64,000 bases of DNA, from positions 161,510,001 to 161,574,000 of the forward strand of contig CM075977.1 of assembly GCA_038087875.1 (NCBI GenBank), written 5' to 3'. Source of the DNA: Malacoraja senta (lineage: Eukaryota). Shown in pieces: positions 49,541-61,913 of this stretch; the stretch's first letter is position 1, and every line of letters begins with the position of its first letter. The position numbers and the translations under genes are program-made. The notes under the pieces are model-generated. The model did no database searches, was not told the DNA's origin, and saw nothing but the letters and a program-made list of their open reading frames with translations.

Positions 49541-51449
49541 TCCTATAGCTGGAGAAGCATAACTATGCACAGTACTCCAAGCGTGGTTTCACCGATGCTA
49601 CAGCTGTACCAACCTTTTTACTCCATATCCTTCCCAATGAGGGCAACGGTGCCAAATGCATTCTTCACCTCGCTGTCCACCTGAATCACCACTTTCAGGG
49701 AACACTGCACCTCTACCCTGAGCTCTCTCTGTTCTACAACACTCTTCAGTACTCTGCCATTTACTCTACAAATCTATCCCCTGAGGAATGAATCTGTAGC
49801 TCTCTTTTCATCCTATTCTTTGATGTTATATTGTCGGGATCGGAGTCTGTTCCCTTGAACATCTCTTCCTCCATTCTTCCATTTCCATTAATCTGTTTAC
49901 CACCAGACTTTACAATACCGACCAGTGTTATGAAAGGAAACTGTTTACCCCACCCCATATCCAATTGGATGCTTTTATTTTGAAACTATCCTCGTCTTAA
50001 GAAGAAAATAGTTGCGTCTGTTAATTAAACCTCTTCCCAATTTTAACCAAGCTTGCCTTTTAAAGCCTTGATTATTCCATCCCATATTTCCATGCCCATC
50101 ATTATGTGAATCTCATCTCTACCCCTCACTCTGCACAAACAGCTGATAAGTGACTATGAACATGGGCATTTAACTACCACAGCCTTCAACATATCACTTG
50201 CCCTCCTACTGACTCTCCATTGTCCATTTCAATTGGTTGTTCTTGTTTGATTTTGATCTTAAGATCTTATAGTTGCCAACGATGATTTCCCCTGTTGACT
50301 GCTAACCTGGTTACACCTAAAGACGAATCGCCTCCCAAAACTCTTTGCCTCTCACCTCCCTATCCTCATTTGTAAATACTCCAATGCGTGCTTTTGCCTA
50401 CAACTCTTCCAAAAACAGCTGGTGTCTTTACCTTTCTTTGTTCAGTCATTTCTCTTCCTTTCCACCAATTGCACTCCATCCACCTACCCTAGCCTGCTTC
50501 CCCACAATTCCTATAAACTTGCAGACTTGTGACATTGTTGTCACAATGGGCTATAAATCATTCCGCTCATTAGGATAGTACAATTGCTGGATTTATGACC
50601 AGAGGTAACTGTTGAGACCTTCCGAGACCCTCGCATGTAAGCGTTTTACACGGCTTGGATTAAGTGACACTAAAGTTCAATTTTTACTGTAGTTAATTTA
50701 TCCATGAAATAACTTGCAACATCTTGGTGCGGAGATCACTTAACTGTTCTGTTTCTGTATGAATGGTAACATGAAACTAGTGGGAATTACTTGGCACTGG
50801 AGGCAATAATGAAATATTAGTGAGACTAGATTTAGTGATACATAGACCAGGGTCAGGACACTTCTATCAATAAAGGATAGGAGAACAAAAAGTTGTCCGA
50901 AATTCATAATTTTTGAATTTCTTTAAATGAAGACCTTTATAAATATTTTGTTTATTCAGTGCCTTATGTGGATCAGAAGCTTTGACATGTCATTTGACCT
51001 TTTGGACAAATGATGTGCTGCTCTGATATAAAGACCATACAGCGAAGAGCAACTTTTGTTTTGTAGGAAGGATCAAATTGCCAATTTATTCACTGCTGAG
51101 CGCTGCACTTTCAAATGCAGAAATCCTGAAATTCCTGCAGTCCCATCCACGCTCCAACGCTCCTCAGCAGAGAAACAGCAGCTTACCACAGATTTCCAAC
51201 AACTGGGAAATAATCCTGCTCACCTTTTGAGATACAAGAAGAAACACAAGCATCTGTGGGAAATCTACAAGATGACATGCAAATTCCAGCTGGAGATCAG
51301 GATTGAACTAAGGTCACTACGCTGTGCTACTGTGCACCAATGCAAAATAATTTTAAATTGTCTATTTTAACGGAAAAAATTGAGGCTAACTGATAAGACA
51401 TTGGAAAACACTAGTATTCAGTTACTGTTAAACAAAAAAATTGGAAACC

Positions 51450-52710
51450 TAATATGTCATTGTCTACTGGTGAGGAAATGAAATACGGAAGTAGGGAGGT
51501 TATGCTTTGTTTATATAGATCACTCGTGACGCCATATTTTGAGTACTGTGTACTGTATTGATCTTATTTAAGAAAATATATTATCCATTGGAAGTAATTC
51601 AGAAAAGGTTTACGACTAATACTTGGAATGGTTAGGTTTTCCTGTTAGGACATAGAAACCTCCAGTTTAAATTCCATTTGGAATATTATGGAAGACCAAG
51701 AAACCAAGACTGTACAGCACCGTTCAGTCCATAATGTCTGTACTCAACATAATACCAAGTTAAATTAATCTCCTCTGCCTGCACATGATCAATGTTCTTC
51801 CATTCACTGTATATCCATGTGCCTATCTAAACTCCTCTTAAATGGCACTATCGTATTGACCTCCTCCACCACCCCTGGCAACATGTTCCAAGAACCTTCT
51901 GGGTAAAAATAAGATTATAAAAAAGCTTGTCACATACATCATTTTTTAAATGTTGTCCGTCTCACCTTAAAACTATGTCCTCGAGTCCTTAATATTACCT
52001 CCCTGGGAAAAGTGGTTGTGACAGCCTATCCTATCTATACCCCTCATAATTTTGTATAATTCTATTTGGTCTCTCCTCAACCACTGCGCCCCAGAGAAAA
52101 TAAGCCAAATTTGTCCATCCTCTCCTTATAGCTAATCCTACTTACCCGGACAACATTCTGGTAAACCTCTTCTGCACCCTCTCCAAAGCCTCTATCCTTC
52201 CTGTAATGGGGGACCAAAACTGTACACAATACTGCAAATGCAGCCTAACAAAAGCTCTACAAAGATGAAGCATGACTTCCTCCCTCTTATAGTGAACTGA
52301 TGAAAGCAAGCATACCATACACCACCTTTACCAATCTACTAGTGTTGCCACTTTCAGGGAATTATGGACCTGGATAGGAAAATTGGATAGGTTAGGGTCA
52401 TCTGCTGGGGTTCATAAGAATGAGTAGGGACTTGATTGAGACATAGAGATGTTGAGGAGTTTTGCCAGCAGTCACCATTTAAGGCAGGTGAGGTCCAACC
52501 CGTCTTTCAGAAGATTGTGTGTATTTGGAATTCTCACTTCCTCCCTGGTTTGGTGGAAACAGAGTCTTTGAAAGTTTTAATGTGGACGCCAGTAGGTGAC
52601 TGATTGGCAAAGTGACTGGGTACAAGGAGGAGATGGGAATGTGGAGTTGACATGATTATTTATACCCCAAGAAACTGATTGGCCTACTCCTGCACTTAAT
52701 TCATATCATT
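51450..52710. mobile_element. Old + strand CR1 with a younger - strand CR1 (about 51705-52372) nested in it
   Basis: The + piece 51450-51650 (YRSLVTPYFEYCV...) resumes at about 52375 (ggataggttagg...ttctc...ggcctactcctgc). The inner piece matches minus-strand CR1 3' sequence. Confidence 0.72.
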
Positions 52711-52959
52711 TAAATTTAAATGCATTTAATTACCTTTAATTTTTTCTCTTGTTTATTTCTTTCAATCTTTATTTATAGTGATGATTGTTTTTAAATATTT
52801 GCAGTAAAGATTACAGAATTTGTCAAGTAAATCTGGGGCTGAGTTTTAACACATTGTTGCTGAACTTCTAGGACCAGTCTTTTATGGGAACGTACTGCAC
52901 TGCACTGCACTAACCCTTGCTGATTAGGAGCTGGCTATGTTGCACAGTAGGTAACAGCT

Positions 52960-53380
52960 GCTGGGGAGACACTTTACTGAGCCATTCTGCGAGCATTCTG
53001 CGAGCTTGGCTTGGAGCCACAACCATAGAACGTCCCTTAGGATCAAGGCTGGCCCCAAAAGCAGACTCCCCTCCATTGACTCCATGTATACTTCACACTG
53101 CTGTAGAAAAGCAGCCAAGGACTTGTCCAACCAAGGTCATTCCTTCTCTCCGCACCCATCAGGCCGAAGTTATAGAAGCTTGAAAGCGCGTTTCACCAGT
53201 CTCGGGAACAGCTTCTTCCCCTTTGTTAGAGGATGAATCTCATTTTGTCTGTCTGCATGAAGGGGTGGCTTCCTAATGTGGGAAGTAGTCTGCACCTTCC
53301 AGGGATGTGTCGTCCATTATTCTGTTGATGCCCTGCTACATAACTGTTGTGTAACTGCCCTCAGGGACACAGCGCAGAAT
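52960..53380 (+). mobile_element. Rex/Babar LINE 3' fragment
   Basis: LPSIDSMYTSHCCRKAAKD...GHSFSPHPSGRSYRSLKARFTSLGNSFFP. Confidence 0.75.
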
Positions 53381-53394
53381 ATGCTGAGTAACCA

Positions 53395-53609
53395 CAAAAA
53401 TGCTGGAGAAACTCAGCGGGTGCAGCAGCATCTATGGAGCGAAGGAAATAGGCAACGTTTCGGGCCGAAACCTTTCTTCAGACTGTGAAGGGTTTTGGCC
53501 CGAAACGTTGCCTATTTCCTTCGCTCCATAGATGCTGCTGCACCCGCTGAGTTTCTCCAGCATTTTTGTGTACCTTCGATTTTCCAGCATCTGCCGTTCC
53601 TTCTTTAAC
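53395..53609. mobile_element. Young palindromic Penelope-derived mini-element with perfect 14-bp TSD
   Basis: ~85-bp near-perfect inverted arms centred near 53482, with hammerhead-like cores on both strands. TSD atgctgagtaacca at 53381-53394 and 53610-53623. Confidence 0.92.
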
Positions 53610-54118
53610 ATGCTGAGTAACCAAACTGGTTCAATGTCAGTCACTTTCATTTCAGGGTTTTGATAACTGTTACTAAGTGCTAGAGAGAACTTTAGAAAAA
53701 ACAAAAAGGAAAATCAGCATTTGACAGTAGGGGGAAAACATCTGAAATAAGAAATGCTACATATATCTGAAAAATAGGTTACTATTTCAAGTTAAAATAA
53801 TAGTTATCAAATTCAAATATTACTCATTACCACATGGCAAAGTTACTGTGTTCCAATTATTTCTATTATAAATAGTAATTTGTGTAAACTATTTGGTTTT
53901 AATTGTGCTCTGTAGCTTGAAACATCCTTGTGGTTCCATATTTTAGTTTTAGAATTGAATTGATGTTAACTGTTAATTTTGTTTTGGTTATATTTTCCTA
54001 TAACACAATAAAAAATAAAACAATTTTTCAGATTGCTCTTGTAATTAGCTCGTGATTGTGCATTTGGTCAGCTACTGCAACTATACTGACTGTTTTCCTC
54101 TTGTGTTTTTCTTTGAAG

Positions 54119-54200
54119 TCTCAACAGCCAAGTCCTGCTGGTTCTAGTTCCAGTTCAAATTCCAGTTCAAGTTTTACACCATCTCAAAACAATAGACAAG
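54119..54200 (+). CDS. MLLT3: MLLT3/AF9 coding exon (exon 6 equivalent)
   Basis: tttgaAG|TCTCAACAG...AGACAAG|GTaaag, 82 bp. SQQPSPAGSSSSSNSSSSFTPSQNNRQ(G) matches the AF9 SEQPSPASSS...FTPSQ segment. Confidence 0.95.
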
Positions 54201-55894
54201 GTAAAGATTTGAAGTGGTATCCATTGATTTCTTTTAAATCTGTTGACATTTTCTATCTTAAATACCTCTTTTTATCATTGGTTAACTTCTTTACAAGGAT
54301 AGGATTTCAGCTACCTCAAGGTTTTCCCCTCCCCCACTCGTAATCTGGCCTCCAATGCAAAACGTCAGGCTTGTGGATCTCTTCATTGGTTTCCAAGCTT
54401 CTGCCAGCAGATCAGTATTTTACAGTTTGTCAGTGTATCTTTGTCTGGATCCTTTTGTGATTTGTGTGTTCTGCCTATTTGTGATTGTTCTGTAGTACTT
54501 GATTTTGTTGAACCTACTAAAATTTCTGCTGCCCTTTTTGGGGATATCTTTGTGTTCACCGTATTCTGTTGGTTTATTACTCTCTCTCCTTGTATGCAGT
54601 AATTGCCATGTTTCATTTTGGCTAACATTCTTTCAGCGTACACAATTAATTTAACTCCTATTTGTATCGTATTCCACTGCCAATTTTGCTTTCAATTATT
54701 CAAAGTCCAGAAACCAAAAGAGTTCCTTGGGGCATGCTGTTCAGCAACCCTTTGCTAATGTTTGTTTTCCCTGATGCTTGTTGCTTTAAATTGTGATATC
54801 ATGCAGAGATTTAAATGTGTTTAGGAAGAGGAGGCAAGGCTTAATGTCGGCTTCAACTGTTTCGCATTATAGATGTCCATTCACACTAGTTCATCGTGCT
54901 TCCTTTGCTCCCTCCCTCTCGCTTCCCATTGGATTTTAGTGCCAGTTTGTTGATCCTTTTACTACAAAAGTCTCCACTTCAAGCGTCTTGTTTCCAGTGC
55001 CTGAAGTCTGCCTTGTCTTCTCTGCTTTAGTATTTCCATCTTACTCTGGGTTGTGCTGTAATGTGCCTTTGTATTATTCATACCAATCCGTTGGATATCT
55101 TCCATACTATTTTTGGCTTCAGTTTCCCTTCCCTTCCCTCAGATTCAAATCATTCCCAACAGCAATTTAACTATATTTCTCATTGTGTTTTTGTGGATGT
55201 ACCCAATAATTCTTGTGCCTGTCATTTTCGCCTTAATACTGACTTGTTTATTTGTCCTCAAATGGTCAACTTGCTCCTCAAGCATAATCTTCAAGCAGTT
55301 ATCCTGACCTTTACAAGTTAGTAAAAACCCTGTAGCTGCTGGTGCATTTCTGCACCTTTGCCAGATGTCATGATCCCAGAATGGGAGTTGTAACCAGGAT
55401 TATACCAGCAATGAAAGATGTTCTACACAGTGAAGAAGGTGGTTTGTTTTCGGCGTAGGAGAAGTACAGTAAAGGCAGAGAACAAATGGTATTCACAATT
55501 ATGGGTTTTTGATGGATCAGTCAGGGAAAAACGCTTTCTCTAGCCAATGGCTTGGGAACCAACTTTCATGTTTTCATAGAGATTCAAATAAAGAGATTAG
55601 CAAATGCGCTAAAGGGGAAATTAAGAACAAATTTTCCCACTCAGACAAGTATGGCGTGAGATGGGTTTCCTGAAAGTGCTGGAATCAGATTCCAGAGGAA
55701 TCTTCAAAAGGTTATTGCAATTTAATAGAAATGCAATTATTGGGGGGGAAATAAAGTGGTCATGAACTCTTTCCAAGGGCAGAAACAGTCAGTGCTGCAA
55801 ATGATAAACTTCACTGCTTTAACATTACATGAATTGTCAATGTGATGTTTGCAAGTTTCACCAGCACTGAGAAATGACCAAGCAATATGTTTTG

Positions 55895-55979
55895 TTTAAG
55901 AAAGAAATGTAGATGCTGGAAAAATCAAAGGTAGACAAAAATGCTGCAGAAACTCAGCAGCTGAGTTTTTGTCTACAAA
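55895..55979. mobile_element. Truncated palindromic Penelope mini-element with 12-bp TSD
   Basis: caatatgttttg at 55883-55894 and 55980-55991; gtagacaaaaa...ctcagcagctgag...ttttgtctac. Confidence 0.8.
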
Positions 55980-56534
55980 CAATATGTTTTGGTTGAGTGA
56001 TGAATATTTACCAGGCTGTCAGAAGTTGTGTCTCTCAGAAAACTGAGGCATAACAATGTTGTTTAGCACACCATGTAGGTTGGTGTAGAAACCTCCAGAT
56101 TGGGTTTACATCCACAGCCTTCTTAATAGTTCTTATCATGGTTTATTTCTAACCAGCTTGAATGAAGAGAAATTACAAATTCTTTAAATGCAATTTATGC
56201 ATATTGCACGTTACAAGATGCATTAAACAAAAATAATATGCTGTGGTGGTGGTGGCTGGTAAGAGGATGGATTTTTATTTCAAAAGCAAACATCATTCAT
56301 AAAAACAATACAAAACAGCAGAAAAGGCTTAATACATTCTTAAGGTTGGTCTATACATTCTGTGTTGCTTGTTTATACATAGGTGTTAGCATCCATGTGG
56401 CCCCCTTGGGTGATAGTCCTTTCCCTTGTGTGAGGGTTTTCCCCCTCCGTATTTAGTACGTCGATGTCCTGTAATGGAAAGACTCTTGTCTATCTCTTCA
56501 AATTTGTGCTGAAATTCTTCATGCGGTCTAGAGC

Positions 56535-56687
56535 TAGAAAATAGGTGCAGGAGGAGGCCATTCGGCCCTTCGAGCTAGCGCTGCCATTTGTGATCATGGC
56601 TGATCGTCCCCAATCAATAACCCGTGCTTGCCTTCTCCCCATATCCCTTGATTCCACTAGCCGCTAGAGCTCTATCTAACTCTCTCG
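56535..56687 (-). mobile_element. Short CR1 3' end
   Basis: Reverse complement of the CR1 3' UTR seen at 39890-40020. Confidence 0.8.
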
Positions 56688-57526
56688 TAGACCTAGAAAC
56701 TCTCTCATAGACCTAGATGTCTAATTTTACACATCTTTAAAATATGTAGTAAATCTAATTCAAAATGAGACCAGCTATGAAGCTTTCAATGTTGATTTCA
56801 GTTCTTATTTGTATTCTGTTCTGTACGCTGTCTCATAGTCAAATTGAGTTTATTATGCATGCCATTATCTGGCTCTGCATTACAAATCTGACCTGCCCTG
56901 ACCTGCCAATCATCAACCGCTACTGTTGGCTAATTAGGAAAGAAGCCAAACAATTTACCTTTTGGCACTGGAATTAATGATGGATTCTTGTTACACAAAA
57001 TGCATGTGACATGACCTATAATTATGTCATGGACCCTAACCTTTACCTAAGCTTGCCTCGAGGTTAATTGCTGAGCTTTTAAGTTTGATCTGGAAGGAAC
57101 AACTGGTATAAATAGTTGTTAATGATTTGTGACTAAGTGATTAATGTAGTGCACAAAAAACTACATTAGCCTCAATTTTTTTTCCAATCTCTCAGCTTCC
57201 CTGATAATGTATTGCCAAGTGTTGTGCAAAGCCTTGAAAACCGATCCACTTACTCCTGATGCTGAATTCATACCCTTTATAGGAACTGTGCAATTTATCT
57301 CGGTGCCTTAGTCTTAGGGGTGACGCACAGTGAAATCAAGAGAGTACTGGATCACCTTAAACTAGTATCTTCCAGTTAAATGCCAGTCTTGACCTTTGTT
57401 TGAAAATGTGCAAGTGTATATGCATGTCTTCAAGTCAAAGTGAAAGGAAAGATCTGAATTGTAATCCATTTGCCACAATCCCATTCAATCTCTGATTGAG
57501 GTTTCTTCATTTATCTTCTTAAACAG

Positions 57527-57650
57527 GTCCATTGAGATCTATAATGGAAGATCTCCATTCTGAAGACAATGAGTCTGATGAAGATGGGACTGGAAACTTG
57601 TCTGATGTAGAGAGATCGCTGAGTACACATTGTGGAAGCAGAGGACACAG
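57527..57650 (+). CDS. MLLT3: MLLT3/AF9 coding exon (exon 7 equivalent), acidic segment
   Basis: aaacAG|GTCCATTG...GGACACAG|GTagtg, 124 bp, phase-compatible. Encodes (G)PLRSIMEDLHSEDNESDEDGTGNLSDVERSLSTHCGSRGH(R). Confidence 0.95.
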
Positions 57651-57849
57651 GTAGTGTAGCAATGACAAGATCTAAGAGATGTAATACATTTTTGTATTTT
57701 CATTCATCTGTTTGCTCCTGTATTTCTGATAACAAAGGCCATCCAGTCTAATTGATGCTGTCTCCTGGAATAATCTCAAAAAGCTATTCACTCACAGTGT
57801 AACCTATTTTCTCTCTCTCCCCCTTGTGCACATCAGCTTACCCCAATTC

Positions 57850-58410
57850 TCCTCCTATTCAGCTAACCTGAGAATAGTTTACTAGTGAGGGTAGGAATAG
57901 GAAGTTAGGACAGGTGAATGAGTATCCAAGGAGTTGATGGAGGGACTCAGATTATGGGGCCATTGGAATCCCTTCTGGGGGAAGAGGTGACCTGTACAAG
58001 AGGCTGCATCTGAACTGAAAGGAGATCAATATCCTTGCAGGGAGGTTCACTAGTGCTCCATGAGAGCGTTTAAACTAGAGTGGCAGAGAGATGGGATCTG
58101 ATGCAGTAGGGAGCATGAAAGTCAGTGCAGAAAGTTCAATAGATGGGAAAAATAGGAACACGGCAGGGAGCAAGAAAAGATGATGGGATAATTATCTTTC
58201 CATCAAACGGCCTGATGGGTAAGCTGGATCCCCATGGATGAACTCGGGGAGTGGATAGGTATGTGCGACTGGGATGTTATGGCCACTGCAGAACTGGGAC
58301 AGATCTGGCATCTTAATATTCCAAGGTACAGGTGCTAAGGGCAAGATAGAGGTATGGGTAAAAGAGGGGCGTTGCTGTATTGATTAAGGAGAACATCACG
58401 GCAGTGATGT
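57850..58410 (+). mobile_element. CR1 LINE ORF1-end/endonuclease-start fragment
   Basis: ttctggggg...gacctgtacaag..ctgcatctgaac (esterase-like ORF1 end), then WDVMATAE...LNIPRYRC...RGVAVLIKENITAV. Confidence 0.72.
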
Positions 58411-58848
58411 AATCCCTACTTTTCAGTTTTAGATAAAAAATTAGTAATTTTCATGATCCTGTATTTGAATGCTTGTTACAAATGTACAGCTTACTTGTTT
58501 ACCAACTTATTAATTTGTGCACGTGTCTACATTACCTACTGCCTTCCAGCTCGTATAGAAAGCAACCCCTTGTGGAAATTGCTTCATAATTACCACATTA
58601 CACATGTAGTGATCATTTAAATTCTGTTTTCGCCATTAATTGAAAGTGAAACAAAAATGAAAATGATTTTTTTATATGACAACACATCTGCGGTGGTTAT
58701 CAGACCTGAACTGGTGATGGAACCTAAACTGGAGAATTAAAGCATTTTTGTTCACTTGTTGGGATGTCCAAAGAGCCATCCTGTTTACATGTTATTTGTA
58801 CATCTCAAAGTAGTTTAATTGCAAGTTATTAAGTTATTAAAAGATTAT

Positions 58849-59144
58849 GGCAACATAGTGGTGCAGCTGTTAGAGCTGCTGTCTCAGTGTCAGAGACCCA
58901 GGTTAGATTCTGATCTCTGGTGCTGTCTACGTGGGGTTTGCACGTTCACCCTGTGACTTCATAGGTTTTCCCTGGGTGCACTAGTTTCTTCTCAATCCCG
59001 TGTGGGTTTGTAGATTAATTGGTCTTTGTATATTGCCCCCAATGTTGAGGGAGTGGATGCGAAAATGAAATAACACAGAACTAGTGAGAACAGGTGATTG
59101 GTGGGCCAAAAGAGCCTGTTACCATGCTGTATCTCTAAACTAAA
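58849..59144 (+). mobile_element. HE1-like V-SINE, near full length
   Basis: tRNA-like head, V-domain and CR1-like tail gggccaaaagagcctgttaccatgctgtatctctaaactaaa. Confidence 0.85.
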
Positions 59145-59309
59145 TTTTGACTGGGCTTCTTTGATTAAAAAAACTATCTTGCAGGGGTTATCATGAGAGC
59201 TCTTTAGAAACACTTGTTGACTCAAAAGTTAATAAGGAGATAATAAATAATTTGCCCTCAGAAATTATGGAATATTTCACTGCACCAATTGGTGTATGTG
59301 ACAATAAAT

Positions 59310-59335
59310 GTCTATCTATCTATCTATCTATCTAT
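59310..59335 (+). repeat. (TCTA)n microsatellite tail of a short LINE 3' remnant
   Basis: atttcactgcacc...gtgacaataaatg followed by TCTA repeats. Confidence 0.8.
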
Positions 59336-59508
59336 GGTGAAGATATATCATAAATAAATCAATATAAAGAAATGGCTCTACATTGCACTCTTAAGTTGTG
59401 TAGTGTTCAGAGCTTCATCTACATGAGAATGTACGATAAGGTATGAAATTCATTCTTGCTCTATTTTGTCGTTGCATGTTTGTGCTTCAGCTCTGTTTAT
59501 TGTTACAG

Positions 59509-59611
59509 AATGAGTTTGAGCGATGGGAGCGACAGTGAGAACAGTGGCCGCTCCACCCCACCCAGAAATGAAGCACCTCCATTATTAAAAGCCAGCAACA
59601 GCAATAACCAG
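59509..59611 (+). CDS. MLLT3: MLLT3/AF9 coding exon (exon 8 equivalent)
   Basis: ttacAG|AATGAGT...AACCAG|GTatgg, 103 bp. (R)MSLSDGSDSENSGRSTPPRNEAPPLLKASNSNNQ matches AF9 VSLSDGSDSE...PPLLKTNNNQ. Confidence 0.95.
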
Positions 59612-61913
59612 GTATGGAATAGAGCTGTGTAATGAACTAAAACACCTAGAATGCTACACCTAAATATATTCTGTTAGCTTCTTCCACACAGAATATACTT
59701 TATAATGTTATGCATATTGAAGATATGTTCAGAAATGTTGTCTTAAGAATAAAATAATTTTTCTGGAGTACTAAACTTTTTTTCCGCTACTTTTTTCTTT
59801 GACTAACTTCCCCCTGCTTCTCCTTAGTGGAGTCTGCTTGATGGCTTTCCTTTGTTCTTCCCACTCTGCCCTTCCTCATTTTCTCACCAAGCATTACATT
59901 TTGGTATACTAAAGTGTCATTGTATTGCACCTGTTAATGCTAAATGCTTTAGTTCCGCTAAGTAAATGGCAGGAAAGGCAAGATACCTGTGTACAAGAAA
60001 TTATTTAACCCTTCTGAACCTGCTGAAGAGTTTGATAAATGCAATTGATCTTTTACACTTGGGAGGAAATAATACCTCACTTAAACTTGGCCATTAAGCT
60101 TAGAAGACCATGTGAATGTTGGTTTAATTGTTTTTTAGGGCTCGACAGAATTACATGCAGTGTAGCCTAATGGAGGTGGTGTTAATTGCACAAAAGGTTG
60201 TTGAACACGAATGCTTCCAAACAAGTGCAATGCGGAGAAGACTGACCTCTGATAAATGTTCTGTGTGGCATTAAGTACATCTGTGTTGCAGTCCCATGAT
60301 TTAAGGCCAATGTTGCAATTCTGGTATTGCAGTAGCAATGCTTCTGCTTCAATTTTCCATCCTTTCATCGTGGCTGCAACTGGCTACTTTAATTGACGTA
60401 TCTCCGCACAATCTAATTAATAAATAAATTGGTAATCAATGGAGGATGTATTTCAAGCAAGTTTTTCCCCAGCTTATTTTATTATTTGGACGTATGTCCA
60501 AGAGTAATAGCCGGGTAATTTATCTTTTGAAAATTAAACTTTTCAATTGAAATTCTGTACAATGAAGAGGAAAGTACTTCTACAGCTGTATGATCTGTGT
60601 CTTTGGAAAGATGCTGTTCATGCTCAAGTAGGCTTTCCCATTGCTGCAGCTTTATCTCCATTTTGCTATAATCGTTTCTATATGAATATTTTGTTTTTAT
60701 CGGATGGTCAACAGCACCAAATGATGTAGGTACAAAGGCAACATCTCCCTTTAGGGCAGAAAAAACAATTGAAATAGATGTGACACACTTTCCTCTTGAA
60801 AGCATGAATATAAGTTATTTAGATTAATATTTTTTTCACAAGGAATATGCTTAAGTAAATGCTATAACCACGTATTCTGAAGGATACCATCCTCTATCAA
60901 CTGATGCTTCAATTACAAAATGAAATGAACAAGCCATTATGAGTACGATCAGAAATTAGCTCTGACTATTTTGCCTGGAGTGAGTCTTTGTGATCCATTC
61001 AGTAATTACTTGTCAAGAATGAATGAAGGTAGTTCTGCTGTAACGTGTTTCCACAACACTAATCGGACACCATGCGATTGATGAATTAGGGAATACTATT
61101 ATGCGAGCCAAATTGGTTATAACGCGATTTCAGTCGGGAACTAGAGAACCATGTAAAAGTTACTTTGGAAATTGACAAGCAGAGAAAATAAACTGTCCTG
61201 GAGGGAATCAAAGTTTCCAGAAAAGAAACTTTCCATTTCCATGTAACCTCCCTGCAGTTATCGGACACAGTACACAGGCTGCTAGTTTCACTGCAAGTGG
61301 CCATTGAAATTGACAAATAATCGCTTCTAATAACGCTTGTGTAACAATACTCGATTAAACACCCTAACATGCAGCCTTTGGTATTTTTAGATTGCAGGAA
61401 GATAAATAAATAGAGCTATTAAAAAGACCTTTTTGAAAATCCTGCAGGGATTGTTATTTTGTTATTTTCATATAACTTTGTTATTGTTATTGCGAATCTA
61501 AAACTCTCTTGTCCCAACCCCCTTTTCCCCAATCGTTTTGGAACTCTTATTTTCTATAACGTGAGGTTTCTTAGGACTGACACGATCATGTTATTGCAAA
61601 ACTACCTACAGTGATGTACCAAATGCATACGACATTACAACATATTTCCTGAACCTACTAGATTGTCATGAAATCCATCAAAAGAAATCCTCTGACAAAT
61701 TGCAACTTCTACCTAGTTTTGATGCAACTAAATGCATTTCGAACAATTAAAAAATAATGTATTTCACCACCTATTCAAACTATCCATTCTTGCGTAAACA
61801 GATGACACCTGTACAGTGATTAAAGTGTCAATTTCTGCAAAATGAGAGTGTTGATCTTGGGTATAGATACCAGAAGGGTTTTAGTACAGATGTGGGAAGA
61901 ACAAGAGACCAAC

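Noticed and set aside
17915-55991. CRISPR-like array or MITE interpretation of the recurring palindromic repeat
   Set aside because: Copies are dispersed, have variable fold-back points and 12-15-bp TSDs, and are physically linked to Penelope GIY-YIG remnants.
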